The notes below the pieces were generated by a model. The model had not been told where the DNA came from. It saw nothing but the letters and a program-made list of their open reading frames with translations, and did no database searches. From NCBI RefSeq assembly GCF_009914755.1, contig NC_060940.1: 64,000 nt of DNA; one strand, given 5' to 3'. A program made the position numbers and the translations under genes. Of this stretch, positions 28,569-43,770 are shown one piece after another (within the stretch, counting starts at the first letter, position 1; every line of letters starts with the position of its first letter). This DNA is from the human T2T-CHM13v2.0 reference genome, Homo sapiens.

Positions 28569-31500
28569 TCATTGGTGATTCCACTCAATTCCATTCAATG
28601 ATTCCATTCCATTTCTTTCAACAATGATTCCCTTAGTTTCTATTCGATGATCCACTTGATTCCATTTGGCGATGATTCCATTCGTGTCCATTCGATGATT
28701 CCATTTGATTCCATATGATGATGATTCCATTCGATTCCATACCATGATGATTCCATTCGAGTCCATTCAATGGTGATTCCATTCAATTCCATTCGATGAT
28801 TCCTTCCGATTCCATTCGATGATGATGGCATTCGATTCCTTTCAATCATTCCCTTTGATTCCATTCAAAGGTGATTTCATTCAAGTCCATTCGATAATTG
28901 CATTCGATTCCATTCTATGATGATTCCATTCGAGTCCATTTGATGATTCCATTCAATTCAAGTCAATGATGATTCCATTCGATTCCACTCGATGATTCCG
29001 TTGGATTCCATTCGATGATGATTCCATTCAAATCCATTCGATAATTCAATTCAAGTCCATTCGATGATGATTCCAATCGAATCCATTCAAAGATTCCATT
29101 CAATTCCATTCGATGATGATTCCCTTAGATTCCATTCGATGATTCCACTTGATTCCATTTACGATGATTCCATTCGATTCCATGTGATGAATCCATTCAA
29201 TTCTATTCAATGATGTTTCCATTTGATTCCATTGGACCATGATTGCCTTTGATTCCATTCAATGATTCCATTCGGTTCCATTTGATGATGATTCCGTTCG
29301 ATTCCATTTCATTATTCCATTTGATTCCATTGGATGAGTCCATTCGATTACATTCGATGATTATTCCATTCGAGTGCATTAGATGATTCCATTCGAGTCC
29401 ATTCGATGATTCCATTCGATTCCATTCGATGTTGATTCTGTTCAAATCCATTCGATGATTCCACTCGATTCCATTCGATGACTCCATTTGATCCCATTCG
29501 ATGATTTCCTGTGATTCCCTTTGATGATCATTCTATTTGATTCAATTCGGTGATTTCATTTCATTCCATTCAGTGATGTTTCCATTCGACTGTATTCGAT
29601 GATGATTCCATTCGACTCCATTCGATTATGATTTCATTCAATTCCATTCAATAATGATTCCCTTCGAGTCCATTCGATGATTCCATTCGATTCCATTCAA
29701 CGATGATTTGATTCGTTTCCATTCGATGATTCCATTTGATTCCACTTGATGATGATTCCATTCGAGTCCATTTGATGATTCCATTCGAGTCTATTTATGT
29801 ATTATATTCGTGTCCACTTCATGATTCCATTCAATTCCATTTAATGTTGATTCCATTTGATTCCATTTGATGATTCAGTTCGATTCCTTGCAATGATTCC
29901 CTACGATTCCTTTCTCTGATGATTCCATTCGATTCCATTCATTGATGATTTCATTCGACTCCATTCGATGATGATTCCTTTCGATTCCATTTGACGATGT
30001 TTCCATTCGAGTCCATTCGATGATGATTCTATTCAATTCTGTTCTATTATGATTCCATTCGATTTCATTCAATGCTTCTATTTGATTCCATTCGATGATG
30101 ATTCCATCTCTTTCCCTTCGATGATTCCATTTGATTCCATTCAGTGATGATTCCATTTGATTCCATCTGATGATGATTTCACTTGATTCCTTTCAATGAT
30201 GATTCAATTCAAGTCCATTCGATGATTCCATTGGAGTCCAAACGATCATTCCGTTCGATTCCATTCAATGGTGATTCCATTCATGTCCATTCGATGAATC
30301 CATTCAATTCCATTCTATGATGACTCCATTCGAGTACATTCGATGATTCCATTTGATTCCATTGGAAGATGATTCCATTCAATTCCATTCGAAGATGATT
30401 CCATTCAATTCCATTCGATGATGATTCCGTATGAATCCATTCTCTGATTATTCCATTCGATTCCATTCATTGACGATTCCATTCAATTCCATTCAATGAT
30501 GATTCTCTTCTATTCCATTCGATGATTCCGGTCGATTCCATTCGATGATGATTCCATTAGATTCCATTCGATTGTTGCATTCGATTCCCTTCGATGATGA
30601 TTCCTTTGAATTCCATTCGATTATCATTCCGTATGAATCCATTTGATGATTATTCCATTGGATTCCTTTCGATGATGATTCCATTCGATTCCATTTGATG
30701 ATGTTTCTCTTGTATTCCATTGGATAATTCCTTTCAGTTCCCTTCGATGATTATTCTTTCGAGTCAATTCGATGATTCTATTCCATTCCCTTCGATGATG
30801 ATTCCATTTCACTCCATTTGATGATTCCATTCGACTCAATTTGGTGATGATTCAATTCGATGACATTCGATGACTCCATTCAATTTCATTTGATGATGAT
30901 TACATTCGAGTCCATTTGATGATTGTATTCCTTTCCTTTTGATGATTATTCCATTCGTGTCTATTCAAAGGTTCCATTCTATTCCATTCAATGATGATTG
31001 CATTTGATTCCATTCAATGATTATGGCTATCGATTCCACTCGTTGATTCCATTTGATTCCGTTCGAGGATTATTCCGTTAGATTCCATTAGAAGATTCCA
31101 TTCGATTTTATTCAATGATTCCAATGGATTCCATTCAATGATGATTCCATTCGACTCCATTCAGTGATTCCATTCGAGTCCATTTGATGATTCCATTCTT
31201 TTCCATTTGATGATGATTCCATTAGGGTCCATTCAATGATTCCATTCGAGTCCATTCGTTAATGCCTTTCGAGTCCTTTTGATCACTACATTCGAGTCCA
31301 TTCAATGATTCTATTCGATTATATTCCATGATGATTCCATTCGAGTTCATTCGATGATTGCATTCGAGTCCATTTGATGATTCCATATGATTCCCTTCGA
31401 CAATGATTCCATTCGTGTCCATTTGATGATTCCATTCATTTCCTATCGATGAAGAGTCCATTCAAGTGTATTCGATGCTTCCATTCAAATCCATTCGATG

Positions 31501-32695
31501 ATGATTCCATTCCAGTCCATTCGATCATTCCACTTGATTCCATTTGATGACTATTCCATTCAAATCCATTTGATGATTCCATTCGATTCCATTCGATGTT
31601 ACCATTCGAGTATATACGATGATTCCACTCGATTCCATTTGATGATTATTCCATTGGAGTCCACTTAGTGAATCCTTTAGATTCTACTCGAAGATGATTC
31701 CATTCGAGTCCATTCGATGATACCATTCAATTCCATTCGTTGATGCTTCCATTCAAGTGCATTCGATGATATCATTCGATTCCATTTGATGATAATTCCA
31801 TTTGATTCCATGCGATGATTCTATTCGATTCCATTCAATGATAATTCCATTCAATTCAGTGATTCCTCTGGACTCCATTTGATGATGATTCCATTCAATG
31901 ATTCCATTCGATTCTATTCGAAAATGATTCCATTTGAATCCATTTGATGATGATTCCATTGGATTCAATTTGATGATTCCATTCGATTCCATTCGATGAT
32001 GATTCCATTCGATTCCTTTTGATGAATCCATTCTATTGTATTCGATGATGATTCCATTCGATTCCATTCGATGATGATTGGATTCGATTCCATTTGATGA
32101 TTTCATTTGATTCCATTCGATAATGATTTCGATCAATTTCATTCGATGATTCCATTCGATTCCATTCGATAATGATTACATCCGAGTCCATTCGATGATT
32201 CCATTTGAGCCCGTTCGATAATTCCATTTGAGTCCAATCAATGATTCCATTCATTTCCATTCAATGATTCCATTCGAGTCCATTTGATCATTCCGGTAGG
32301 GTCCGTTCGATGTTGATTCCATTGGAGTGCATTCGATGATTCCATTCGAGTCCATTTTAGGATTTGATTCGAGTCCTTTCGATGATTCCATTCGATTCCA
32401 CTCGATGATTTCATTCGAGTCCATTCGACACTTCCAATCGATTCCATTTGATGTTTCCATTCGATTCCAATTGATGATTCCATTCCATTCCATTCGATGA
32501 TGATTCCGTACGATTCCATTCTGTGATGATTCCATGTGATTGCATTCAATGATGATTCCTTTCGATTGCATTCGATTATGATTCATTTCGTGTTCATTCT
32601 ATGGTTCCACAGGTTTCCATTCGATGATGTTTCCATTCGTGTCCATTCCATTATTCCATTCTATTCCATTTGAAGATGATTCCATTCGATTCCAT
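28569..32695 (+). repeat. ~4.1-kb variant unit, copy 2 (4,127 bp)
   Basis: Same junction (GAGTCTATTTATGTATTATATTCG, ~29787) and same 1.83-kb block as copy 1. Spacing 28569 to 32696. Confidence 0.88.
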
Positions 32696-35600
32696 TCATT
32701 GGTGATTCCACTCAATTCCATTCAATGATTCCATTCCATTTCTTTCAACAATGATTCCATTAGTTTCTATTCGATGATCCACTTGATTCCATTTGACGAT
32801 GATTCCATTCGTGTCCATTCGATGATTCCATTTGATTCCATATGATGATGATTCCATTCGATTCCATACGATGATGATTCCATTCGAGTCCATTCAATGG
32901 TGATTCCATTCAATTCCATTCGATGATTCCTTTCGATTCCATTCAATGATGATGGCATTCGATTCCTTTCGATCATTCCCTTTGATTCCATTCAAAGGTG
33001 ATTTCATTCAAGTGCATTCGATAATTGCATTCGATTCCATTCTATGATGATTCCATTCGAGTCCATTTGATGATTCCATTCAATTCAAGTCAATGATGAT
33101 TCCATTCGATTCCACTCGATGATTCCATTGGATTCCATTCGATGATGATTCCATTCAAATCCATTCGATAATTCAATTCAAGTACATTCGATGATGATTC
33201 CAATCGAATCCATTCAAAGATTCCACTCAATTCCATTCGATGATGATTCCCTTAGATTCCATTCGATGATTCCACTTGATTCCATTTACGATGATTCCAT
33301 TCGATTCCTTGTGATGATTCCATTCAATTCTATTCAATGATGTTTCCACTTGATTCCATTCGAACATGATTGCCTTTGATTCCATTCAATGATTCCATAC
33401 GGTTCCATTTGATGATGATTCCATTCGAGTGCATTAGATGATTCCATTCGAGTCCATTCGATGATTCCATTCGATTCCATTCGATGTTGATTCTGTTCAA
33501 ATCCATTCGATGATTCCACTCGATTCCATTCGATGACTCCATTTGATCCCATTCGATGATTTCCTTTGATTCCCTTTGATGATCATTCCATTTGATTCAA
33601 TTCGGTGATTTCATTTGATTCCATTCAGTGATGTTTCCATTCAACTCCTTTCGATGATGATTCCATTCGACTCCATTCGATTATGATTTCATTCAATTCC
33701 ATTCGATAATGATTCCCTTCAAGTCCATTCGATGATTCCATTCGATTCCATTCAACGATGATTTGATTCGTGTCCATTCGATGATTCCATTTGATTCCAT
33801 TTGATGATGATTCCATTCGAGTCCCTTTCATGATTCCATTCAATTCCATTCTCCGATGATTTCTTTTGAGCCCATTCAATGCTTCCACTCGATTCCATAT
33901 GATGATGACTCCATTTGATGAAATTCCGTGATGATTCCATTCGCTTGCATTCGATGATGATTCCACTTGAGTCCGTTAGAAGATTCTATTCAATTACATT
34001 CCATGACGATTCTGTTCGAGTCCATTTGATGATTCCATTAGACTCCATTTGACGATGATTCCATTCGATGTTATTCGATGATGATTCCATTCAACTCCAT
34101 TCGATGTTTCCATTCGAGTTCATTCTATTATTCCATTAGATTCCATTCGATGATGATTCCATTCGATTCCATTTGATGATTGCATTCTATTTCATTTGAT
34201 GATGATTCCATTCGAGTCCATTCGATGATTCCATTCGAGTCCATTTAATGAATCCATTGGTTTCAATTCTATGATGATTACATTGGATTCCATTCGTTGA
34301 TGATTTCATTCGATTCCATTCAATGATGATTCCATTCAATTCCATTCAATGATTCCATTCAATTCCATACGATGATGATTCCATTTGATTTGATTCGACA
34401 GTGAGCCATTCGATTCAATTCCATGATGATTCTATTTTATTCAATTGGTTGACATTTCCATTCGATTCCATTCGATGATGATTCCATTTGATTCCATTCA
34501 AAGATGATTCCATTCTAGCCCATTCAATCATTCCATTCGATTCTATTCAATGATGATTCCATTCATGTCGATTTGGTGATTCCATTTGACTTCATTTGAT
34601 GATGATTCCTTTCAAGTTCATTAGATGATTCCATTCGATTCCATTTGATGATGATCCCATTCGAGTCCATTCAGTGATTCCACTCGTTTCCATTCCATGA
34701 TGATTCCATTCCATTCCATTCAATGATTCCATTCGATTCCGTTTGATGATGATTTCATTCGAGTCCATTTGATGATTCCATTTGATTCCATTCGATGATG
34801 ATTACATTCGAGTCCATACGATGATTCCACTCAATTCCATATGATGATGATTCCATTCGATTCCATTCGATGATTCCATTCTATTCTATTCAATGGTGAT
34901 TCCATTCGAGTACATTAGATGATTCCATTCGATTCCATTCAATGATGATTCTATTTGTGTCCCTTAGATGGTTCCACATGATTCCATTTCATGATGATAC
35001 TATTTGAGCCCATCCAATGATTCCCTTCGATTCCATTCGATGAGGATTCCATTCGATTCAATTCATTGGTGATTCTATTCAATTCAATTCTTTGATTCAA
35101 TTCCATTCCATTCGACAATGATTCCATTCGATTTCTTTCGATGATTCCACTCGATTCCACTTGACATTGATTCCATTCGATTCCATTCAATGATTCCGTT
35201 TGATTCCAGTGGATGATGATTGCCATCGATTCCATTCGATCACTCCATTCTATTCCATTTGATGATGATTACATTCGATTCCATTTGATGATTCCATCTG
35301 ATTCTATTCGAGGATTCCATTTGATTCCATTCGATGATGATTCCATTCGAGTGCATTCGATGATTTCATTCGAGTACATCCAATGATTCCATTCGAGTCC
35401 ATTTGATGATTCCATTTAATTCCATTTGATTATGATTCTACTAGAGTCCATTCAATGACTCCATTCGAATCCATTCAACAATTCCATTCGAGGCCATTCG
35501 ATGATTCCATTTCATGATTCCATTCGAGTCCATTTAATCATTACAGTCGAGTCCATTTGGTGATTCCTTTCAATTCCATTCTATGATGATTCCATTCGAG

Positions 35601-37170
35601 TCCATTCGATGATTCCATTCGATTGCATTCGATGATTCCATTATATTCCATTCAACAATGATTCCATTCGAGTCCATGCGATGATTCCATTAGAGTACAT
35701 TTAATGATTGCTTTGTTTTCATTTCGAAGATGATTACATTGGATTCCATTCTATGATACCATTCGATTCCATTCAATGATGATTCCACTCAAATCCATTG
35801 GATGATTCCATTCGTGTCCATTCGGTGATTTCATTAGATTCCATTCGAGGATGATTCCATTCGATTCCATTCGATGATTCCATTCAATTCCATTCGATGA
35901 TGATTCCATTCCAGTCCATATGATCATTCCATTTGATTTCATTCGATGATGATTCCATTCGATTCCATTCGATGATTCCATTCTATTCCATTCGATGATG
36001 ATTCCATTCGAGTCCATTCGATGATTCCATTCGAGTCCATTTAATGATTCCATTGGGTTCAATTCAATGATGATTACATTGGATTCCGTTCTATGATTCC
36101 ATTCAATTCCGTTCATTGACAATTTGATTCCATTCGATGATGATCCCATTTGAGTTCATTCGATGATTCTATTCGATTCTCTTCGATGGTGATTCAATTC
36201 TATTATATTGGATGATTCCATTCGATTCCATTTGATGTTGATTCAATTCGATTCTATTCGATGATGATTCCATTGGATTTCACTTGATGATTCTATTCGA
36301 TTCCATTCAATGATGATTCACTTCTCGTCCATTGGATGATTCCATTTCATTCCATTCGATGATGATTCCATTCGATTCCATTCGATGATTCCATTTGATT
36401 CCATGCGACGGTGAGCAATTCGATTCAATTCCATGATGATTCTATTTGATTCAATTAGATGATGTTTCCATTCGAATCCATTCCATGATTATTCCATTGG
36501 AATCCATTCGGCGATGATTCCATATGAGTCAATTCAATGATGATTCCATATGGGTCCGTTCGATGATAATTCCATTTGATTTCATTCGATGCTTCTATTC
36601 TATTCCAGTCGATGATGATTCCGTTGGAGTCCATACGATGATTCCATTTGATTTCATTTGATGATGATTCCATTCGATGATGATTACATTGGATTCCATT
36701 CTATGATTCCATTCAATTCCATTCGTTGATGATTCGATTCCATTCAATGATGATTCCATTTGAGTTCATTCGATGATTCTATTCGATTCCGTTCGATGGT
36801 GATTCAATTCTCTTATATTGGATGAATCCACTCGATTCCATTTGATGATTATTCCATTGGAGTCCACTTAGTGAATCCTTCAGATTCTACTCGAAGATGA
36901 TTCCATTCAAGTCCATTCGATGATACCATTCAATTCCATTCGTTGATGCTTCCATTCAAGTGCATTCGATGATATCATTCGATTCCATTTGATGATAATT
37001 CCATTTGATTCCATGCGATGATTCTATTCGATTCCATTCAATGATAATTCCATTCAATTCAGTGATTCCTCTGGACTCCATTTGATGATGATTCCATTCA
37101 ATGATTCTATTCGATTCTATTCGATAATGATTCCATTTGAATCCATTTGATGATGATTCCATTCGATTCC
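32696..37170 (+). repeat. Truncated 5.86-kb-type unit with an extra 650-bp deletion
   Basis: Shares the 72/23/170/10-bp deletions. At ~35561 GGTGATTCC joins TTTCAATTCC (HOR ~3417 to ~4067), so ORF spacing is 800 instead of 1450. Ends at a junction near 37165. Confidence 0.84.
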
Positions 37171-39643
37171 ATTCGATTCCATTTGACGATGATTTGATTC
37201 GTGTCCATTCGATGATTCCATTTGATTCCACTTGATGAGGATTCCATTCGAGTCCATTTGATGATTCCATTCAATTCCATTCTCCGATGATTTCTTTTGA
37301 GCCCATTCAATGCTTCCACTCGATTACATATGATGATGACTCCATTCGATGAAACTCGATGATGATTCCATTCGCTTGGATTCGATGATGATTCCACTTG
37401 AGTCCGTTAGAAGATTCTATTCAATTACATTCCATGACGATTCCGTTCGAGTCCATTTGATGATTCCATTACACTCCATTCGACAATGATTCCATTCAAT
37501 GTTATTCGATGATTCCATTCGATCTCATTCGATGATGATTCCATTCAACTCCATTCGATGTTTCCATTCGAGTTCATTCTATTATTCCATTAGATTCCAT
37601 TCGATGATGATTCCATTCGATTCCATTTGATGATTGCATTCTATTTCATTTGATGATGATTCCATTCGAGTCCATTCGATGATTCCATTCGAGTCCATTT
37701 AATGAATCCATTGGTTTCAATTCTATGATGATTATATTGGATTCCATTCGTTGATGATTTCATTCGATTCCATTCAATGATGATTCCATTCAATTCCATT
37801 CAATGATTCCATTCAATTCCATGCGATGATGATTCCATTTGATTTGATTCGACAGTGAGCCATTCAATTCAATTCCATGATGATTCTATTTGATTCACTT
37901 GGTTGACATTTCCATTCGATTCCATTCGATGATGATTCCATTTGATTCCATTCAAAGATGATTCCATTCTAGCCCATTCAATCATTCCATTCGATTCTAT
38001 TCAATGATGATTCCATTCATGTCGATTTGGTGATTCCATTTGACTTCATTTGATGATGATTCCTTTCAAGTTCATTAGATGATTCCATTCGATTCCATTT
38101 GATGATGATCCCATTCGAGTCCATTCAGTGATTCCATTTGATTCCATGCGACGGTGAGCAACTCGATTCAATTCCATGATGATTCTATTTGATTCAATTA
38201 GATGATGTTTCCATTCGAATCCATTCCATGATTATTCCATTGGAATCCATTTGGTGATGATTCCATATGAGTCAATTCAATGATGATTCCATATGGGTCC
38301 GTTCGATGATAATTCCATTTGATTTCATTCGATGCTTCTATTCTATTCCAGTCGATGATGATTCCGTTGGAGTCCATACGATGATTCCATTTGATTTCAT
38401 TTGATGATGATTCCATTCGATGATGATTACATTGGATTCCATTCTATGATTCCATTCAATTCCATTCGTTGATGATTCGATTCCATTCAATGATGATTCC
38501 ATTTGAGTTCATTCGATGATTCTATTCGATTCCGTTCGATGGTGATTCAATTCTCTTATATTGGATGAATCCACTCGATTCCATTTGATGATTATTCCAT
38601 TGGAGTCCACTTAGTGAATCCTTTAGATTCTACTCGAAGATGATTCCATTCGAGTCCATTCAATGATACCATTCAATTTCATTCGTTGATGCTTCCATTC
38701 AAGTGCATTCGATGATATCATTCGATTCCATTTGATGATAATTCCATTTGATTCCATGCGATGATTCTATTCGATTCCATTCAATGATAATTCCATCCAA
38801 TTCAGTGATTCCTCTGGACTCCATTTGATGATGATTCCATTCAATGATTCCATTCGATTCTATTCCAAAATGATTCCATTTGAATCCATTTGATGATGAT
38901 TCCATTAGATTCCATTTGATGATTCCATTCGATTCCATTTGATGATGATTCCATTCGATTCCATTTGATGATTCCATTCTATTCTATTCGATGATGATTC
39001 CATTCGATTCCATTTGATGATGATTGGATTCGATTCATTTGATGATTTCATTTGATTCCATTCGTTAATGATTTCGATCAACTCCATTCGATGATTCCAT
39101 TTGATTCCATTCGATAATGATTACATCCGAGTCCATTCGATGATTCCATTTGAGCCCGTTCGATAATTCCATTTGAGTCCAATCAATGATTCCATTCATT
39201 TCCATTCAATGATTCCATTCGAGTCCATTTGATCATTCTGGTAGGGTCCGTTCGATGTTGATTCCATTGGAGTGCATTCGATGATTCCATTCGAGTCCAT
39301 TTTATGATTTGATTCGAGTCCTTTCGATGATTCCATTCGATTCCACTCGATGATGATTTCATTCGAGTCCATTCGACACTTCCAATCGATTCCATTTGAT
39401 GTTTCCATTCGAGTCCAATTGATGATTCCATTCAATTCCATTCGATGATGATTCCGTACGATTCCATTCTGTGATGATTCCATGTGATTGCATTCAATGA
39501 TGATTCCTTTCGATTGCATTCGATTATGATTCATTTCGTGTTCATTCTATGGTTCCACAGGTTTCCATTCGATGACGTTTCCGTTCGTGTCCATTCCATT
39601 ATTCCATTCTATTTCATTTGATGATGATTCCATTCGATTCCAT

Positions 39644-42600
39644 TCATTGGTGATTCCACTCAATTCCATTCAATGATTCCATTCCATTTCTTTCAACAAT
39701 GATTCCCTTAGTTTCTATTCGATGATCCACTTGATTCCATTTGGCGATGATTCCATTCGTGTCCATTCGATGATTCCATTTGATTCCATATGATGATGAT
39801 TCCATTCGATTCCATACCATGATGATTCCATTCGAGTCCATTCAATGGTGATTCCATTCAATTCCATTCGATGATTCCTTCCGATTCCATTCGATGATGA
39901 TGGCATTCGATTCCTTTCAATCATTCCCTTTGATTCCATTCAAAGGTGATTTCATTCAAGTCCATTCGATAATTGCATTCGATTCCATTCTATGATGATT
40001 CCATTCGAGTCCATTTGATGATTCCATTCAATTCAAGTCAATGATGATTCCATTCGATTCCACTCGATGATTCCGTTGGATTCCATTCGATGATGATTCC
40101 ATTCAAATCCATTCGATAATTCAATTCAAGTCCATTCGATGATGATTCCAATCGAATCCATTCAAAGATTCCATTCAATTCCATTCGATGATGATTCCCT
40201 TAGATTCCATTCGATGATTCCACTTGATTCCATTTACGATGATTCCATTCGATTCCATGTGATGAATCCATTCAATTCTATTCAATGATGTTTCCATTTG
40301 ATTCCATTGGACCATGATTGCCTTTGATTCCATTCAATGATTCCATTCGGTTCCATTTGATGATGATTCCGTTCGATTCCATTTCATTATTCCATTTGAT
40401 TCCATTGGATGAGTCCATTCGATTACATTCGATGATTATTCCATTCGAGTGCATTAGATGATTCCATTCGAGTCCATTCGATGATTCCATTCGATTCCAT
40501 TCGATGTTGATTCTGTTCAAATCCATTCGATGATTCCACTCGATTCCATTCGATGACTCCATTTGATCCCATTCGATGATTTCCTGTGATTCCCTTTGAT
40601 GATCATTCTATTTGATTCAATTCGGTGATTTCATTTCATTCCATTCAGTGATGTTTCCATTCGACTGTATTCGATGATGATTCCATTCGACTCCATTCGA
40701 TTATGATTTCATTCAATTCCATTCAATAATGATTCCCTTCGAGTCCATTCGATGATTCCATTCGATTCCATTCAACGATGATTTGATTCGTTTCCATTCG
40801 ATGATTCCATTTGATTCCACTTGATGATGATTCCATTCGAGTCCATTTGATGATTCCATTCGAGTCTATTTATGTATTATATTCGTGTCCACTTCATGAT
40901 TCCATTCAATTCCATTTAATGTTGATTCCATTTGATTCCATTTGATGATTCAGTTCGATTCCTTGCAATGATTCCCTACGATTCCTTTCTCTGATGATTC
41001 CATTCGATTCCATTCATTGATGATTTCATTCGACTCCATTCGATGATGATTCCTTTCGATTCCATTTGACGATGTTTCCATTCGAGTCCATTCGATGATG
41101 ATTCTATTCAATTCTGTTCTATTATGATTCCATTCGATTTCATTCAATGCTTCTATTTGATTCCATTCGATGATGATTCCATCTCTTTCCCTTCGATGAT
41201 TCCATTTGATTCCATTCAGTGATGATTCCATTTGATTCCATCTGATGATGATTTCACTTGATTCCTTTCAATGATGATTCAATTCAAGTCCATTCGATGA
41301 TTCCATTGGAGTCCAAACGATCATTCCGTTCGATTCCATTCAATGGTGATTCCATTCATGTCCATTCGATGAATCCATTCAATTCCATTCTATGATGACT
41401 CCATTCGAGTACATTCGATGATTCCATTTGATTCCATTGGAAGATGATTCCATTCAATTCCATTCGAAGATGATTCCATTCAATTCCATTCGATGATGAT
41501 TCCGTATGAATCCATTCTCTGATTATTCCATTCGATTCCATTCATTGACGATTCCATTCAATTCCATTCAATGATGATTCTCTTCTATTCCATTCGATGA
41601 TTCCGGTCGATTCCATTCGATGATGATTCCATTAGATTCCATTCGATTGTTGCATTCGATTCCCTTCGATGATGATTCCTTTGAATTCCATTCGATTATC
41701 ATTCCGTATGAATCCATTTGATGATTATTCCATTGGATTCCTTTCGATGATGATTCCATTCGATTCCATTTGATGATGTTTCTCTTGTATTCCATTGGAT
41801 AATTCCTTTCAGTTCCCTTCGATGATTATTCTTTCGAGTCAATTCGATGATTCTATTCCATTCCCTTCGATGATGATTCCATTTCACTCCATTTGATGAT
41901 TCCATTCGACTCAATTTGGTGATGATTCAATTCGATGACATTCGATGACTCCATTCAATTTCATTTGATGATGATTACATTCGAGTCCATTTGATGATTG
42001 TATTCCTTTCCTTTTGATGATTATTCCATTCGTGTCTATTCAAAGGTTCCATTCTATTCCATTCAATGATGATTGCATTTGATTCCATTCAATGATTATG
42101 GCTATCGATTCCACTCGTTGATTCCATTTGATTCCGTTCGAGGATTATTCCGTTAGATTCCATTAGAAGATTCCATTCGATTTTATTCAATGATTCCAAT
42201 GGATTCCATTCAATGATGATTCCATTCGACTCCATTCAGTGATTCCATTCGAGTCCATTTGATGATTCCATTCTTTTCCATTTGATGATGATTCCATTAG
42301 GGTCCATTCAATGATTCCATTCGAGTCCATTCGTTAATGCCTTTCGAGTCCTTTTGATCACTACATTCGAGTCCATTCAATGATTCTATTCGATTATATT
42401 CCATGATGATTCCATTCGAGTTCATTCGATGATTGCATTCGAGTCCATTTGATGATTCCATATGATTCCCTTCGACAATGATTCCATTCGTGTCCATTTG
42501 ATGATTCCATTCATTTCCTATCGATGAAGAGTCCATTCAAGTGTATTCGATGCTTCCATTCAAATCCATTCGATGATGATTCCATTCCAGTCCATTCGAT

Positions 42601-43770
42601 CATTCCACTTGATTCCATTTGATGACTATTCCATTCAAATCCATTTGATGATTCCATTCGATTCCATTCGATGTTACCATTCGAGTATATACGATGATTC
42701 CACTCGATTCCATTTGATGATTATTCCATTGGAGTCCACTTAGTGAATCCTTTAGATTCTACTCGAAGATGATTCCATTCGAGTCCATTCGATGATACCA
42801 TTCAATTCCATTCGTTGATGCTTCCATTCAAGTGCATTCGATGATATCATTCGATTCCATTTGATGATAATTCCATTTGATTCCATGCGATGATTCTATT
42901 CGATTCCATTCAATGATAATTCCATTCAATTCAGTGATTCCTCTGGACTCCATTTGATGATGATTCCATTCAATGATTCCATTCGATTCTATTCGAAAAT
43001 GATTCCATTTGAATCCATTTGATGATGATTCCATTGGATTCAATTTGATGATTCCATTCGATTCCATTCGATGATGATTCCATTCGATTCCTTTTGATGA
43101 ATCCATTCTATTGTATTCGATGATGATTCCATTCGATTCCATTCGATGATGATTGGATTCGATTCCATTTGATGATTTCATTTGATTCCATTCGATAATG
43201 ATTTCGATCAATTTCATTCGATGATTCCATTCGATTCCATTCGATAATGATTACATCCGAGTCCATTCGATGATTCCATTTGAGCCCGTTCGATAATTCC
43301 ATTTGAGTCCAATCAATGATTCCATTCATTTCCATTCAATGATTCCATTCGAGTCCATTTGATCATTCCGGTAGGGTCCGTTCGATGTTGATTCCATTGG
43401 AGTGCATTCGATGATTCCATTCGAGTCCATTTTAGGATTTGATTCGAGTCCTTTCGATGATTCCATTCGATTCCACTCGATGATTTCATTCGAGTCCATT
43501 CGACACTTCCAATCGATTCCATTTGATGTTTCCATTCGATTCCAATTGATGATTCCATTCCATTCCATTCGATGATGATTCCGTACGATTCCATTCTGTG
43601 ATGATTCCATGTGATTGCATTCAATGATGATTCCTTTCGATTGCATTCGATTATGATTCATTTCGTGTTCATTCTATGGTTCCACAGGTTTCCATTCGAT
43701 GATGTTTCCATTCGTGTCCATTCCATTATTCCATTCTATTCCATTTGAAGATGATTCCATTCGATTCCAT
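39644..43770 (+). repeat. ~4.1-kb variant unit, copy 3 (4,127 bp)
   Basis: Duplicate of 28569-32695 at +11075. Confidence 0.88.
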
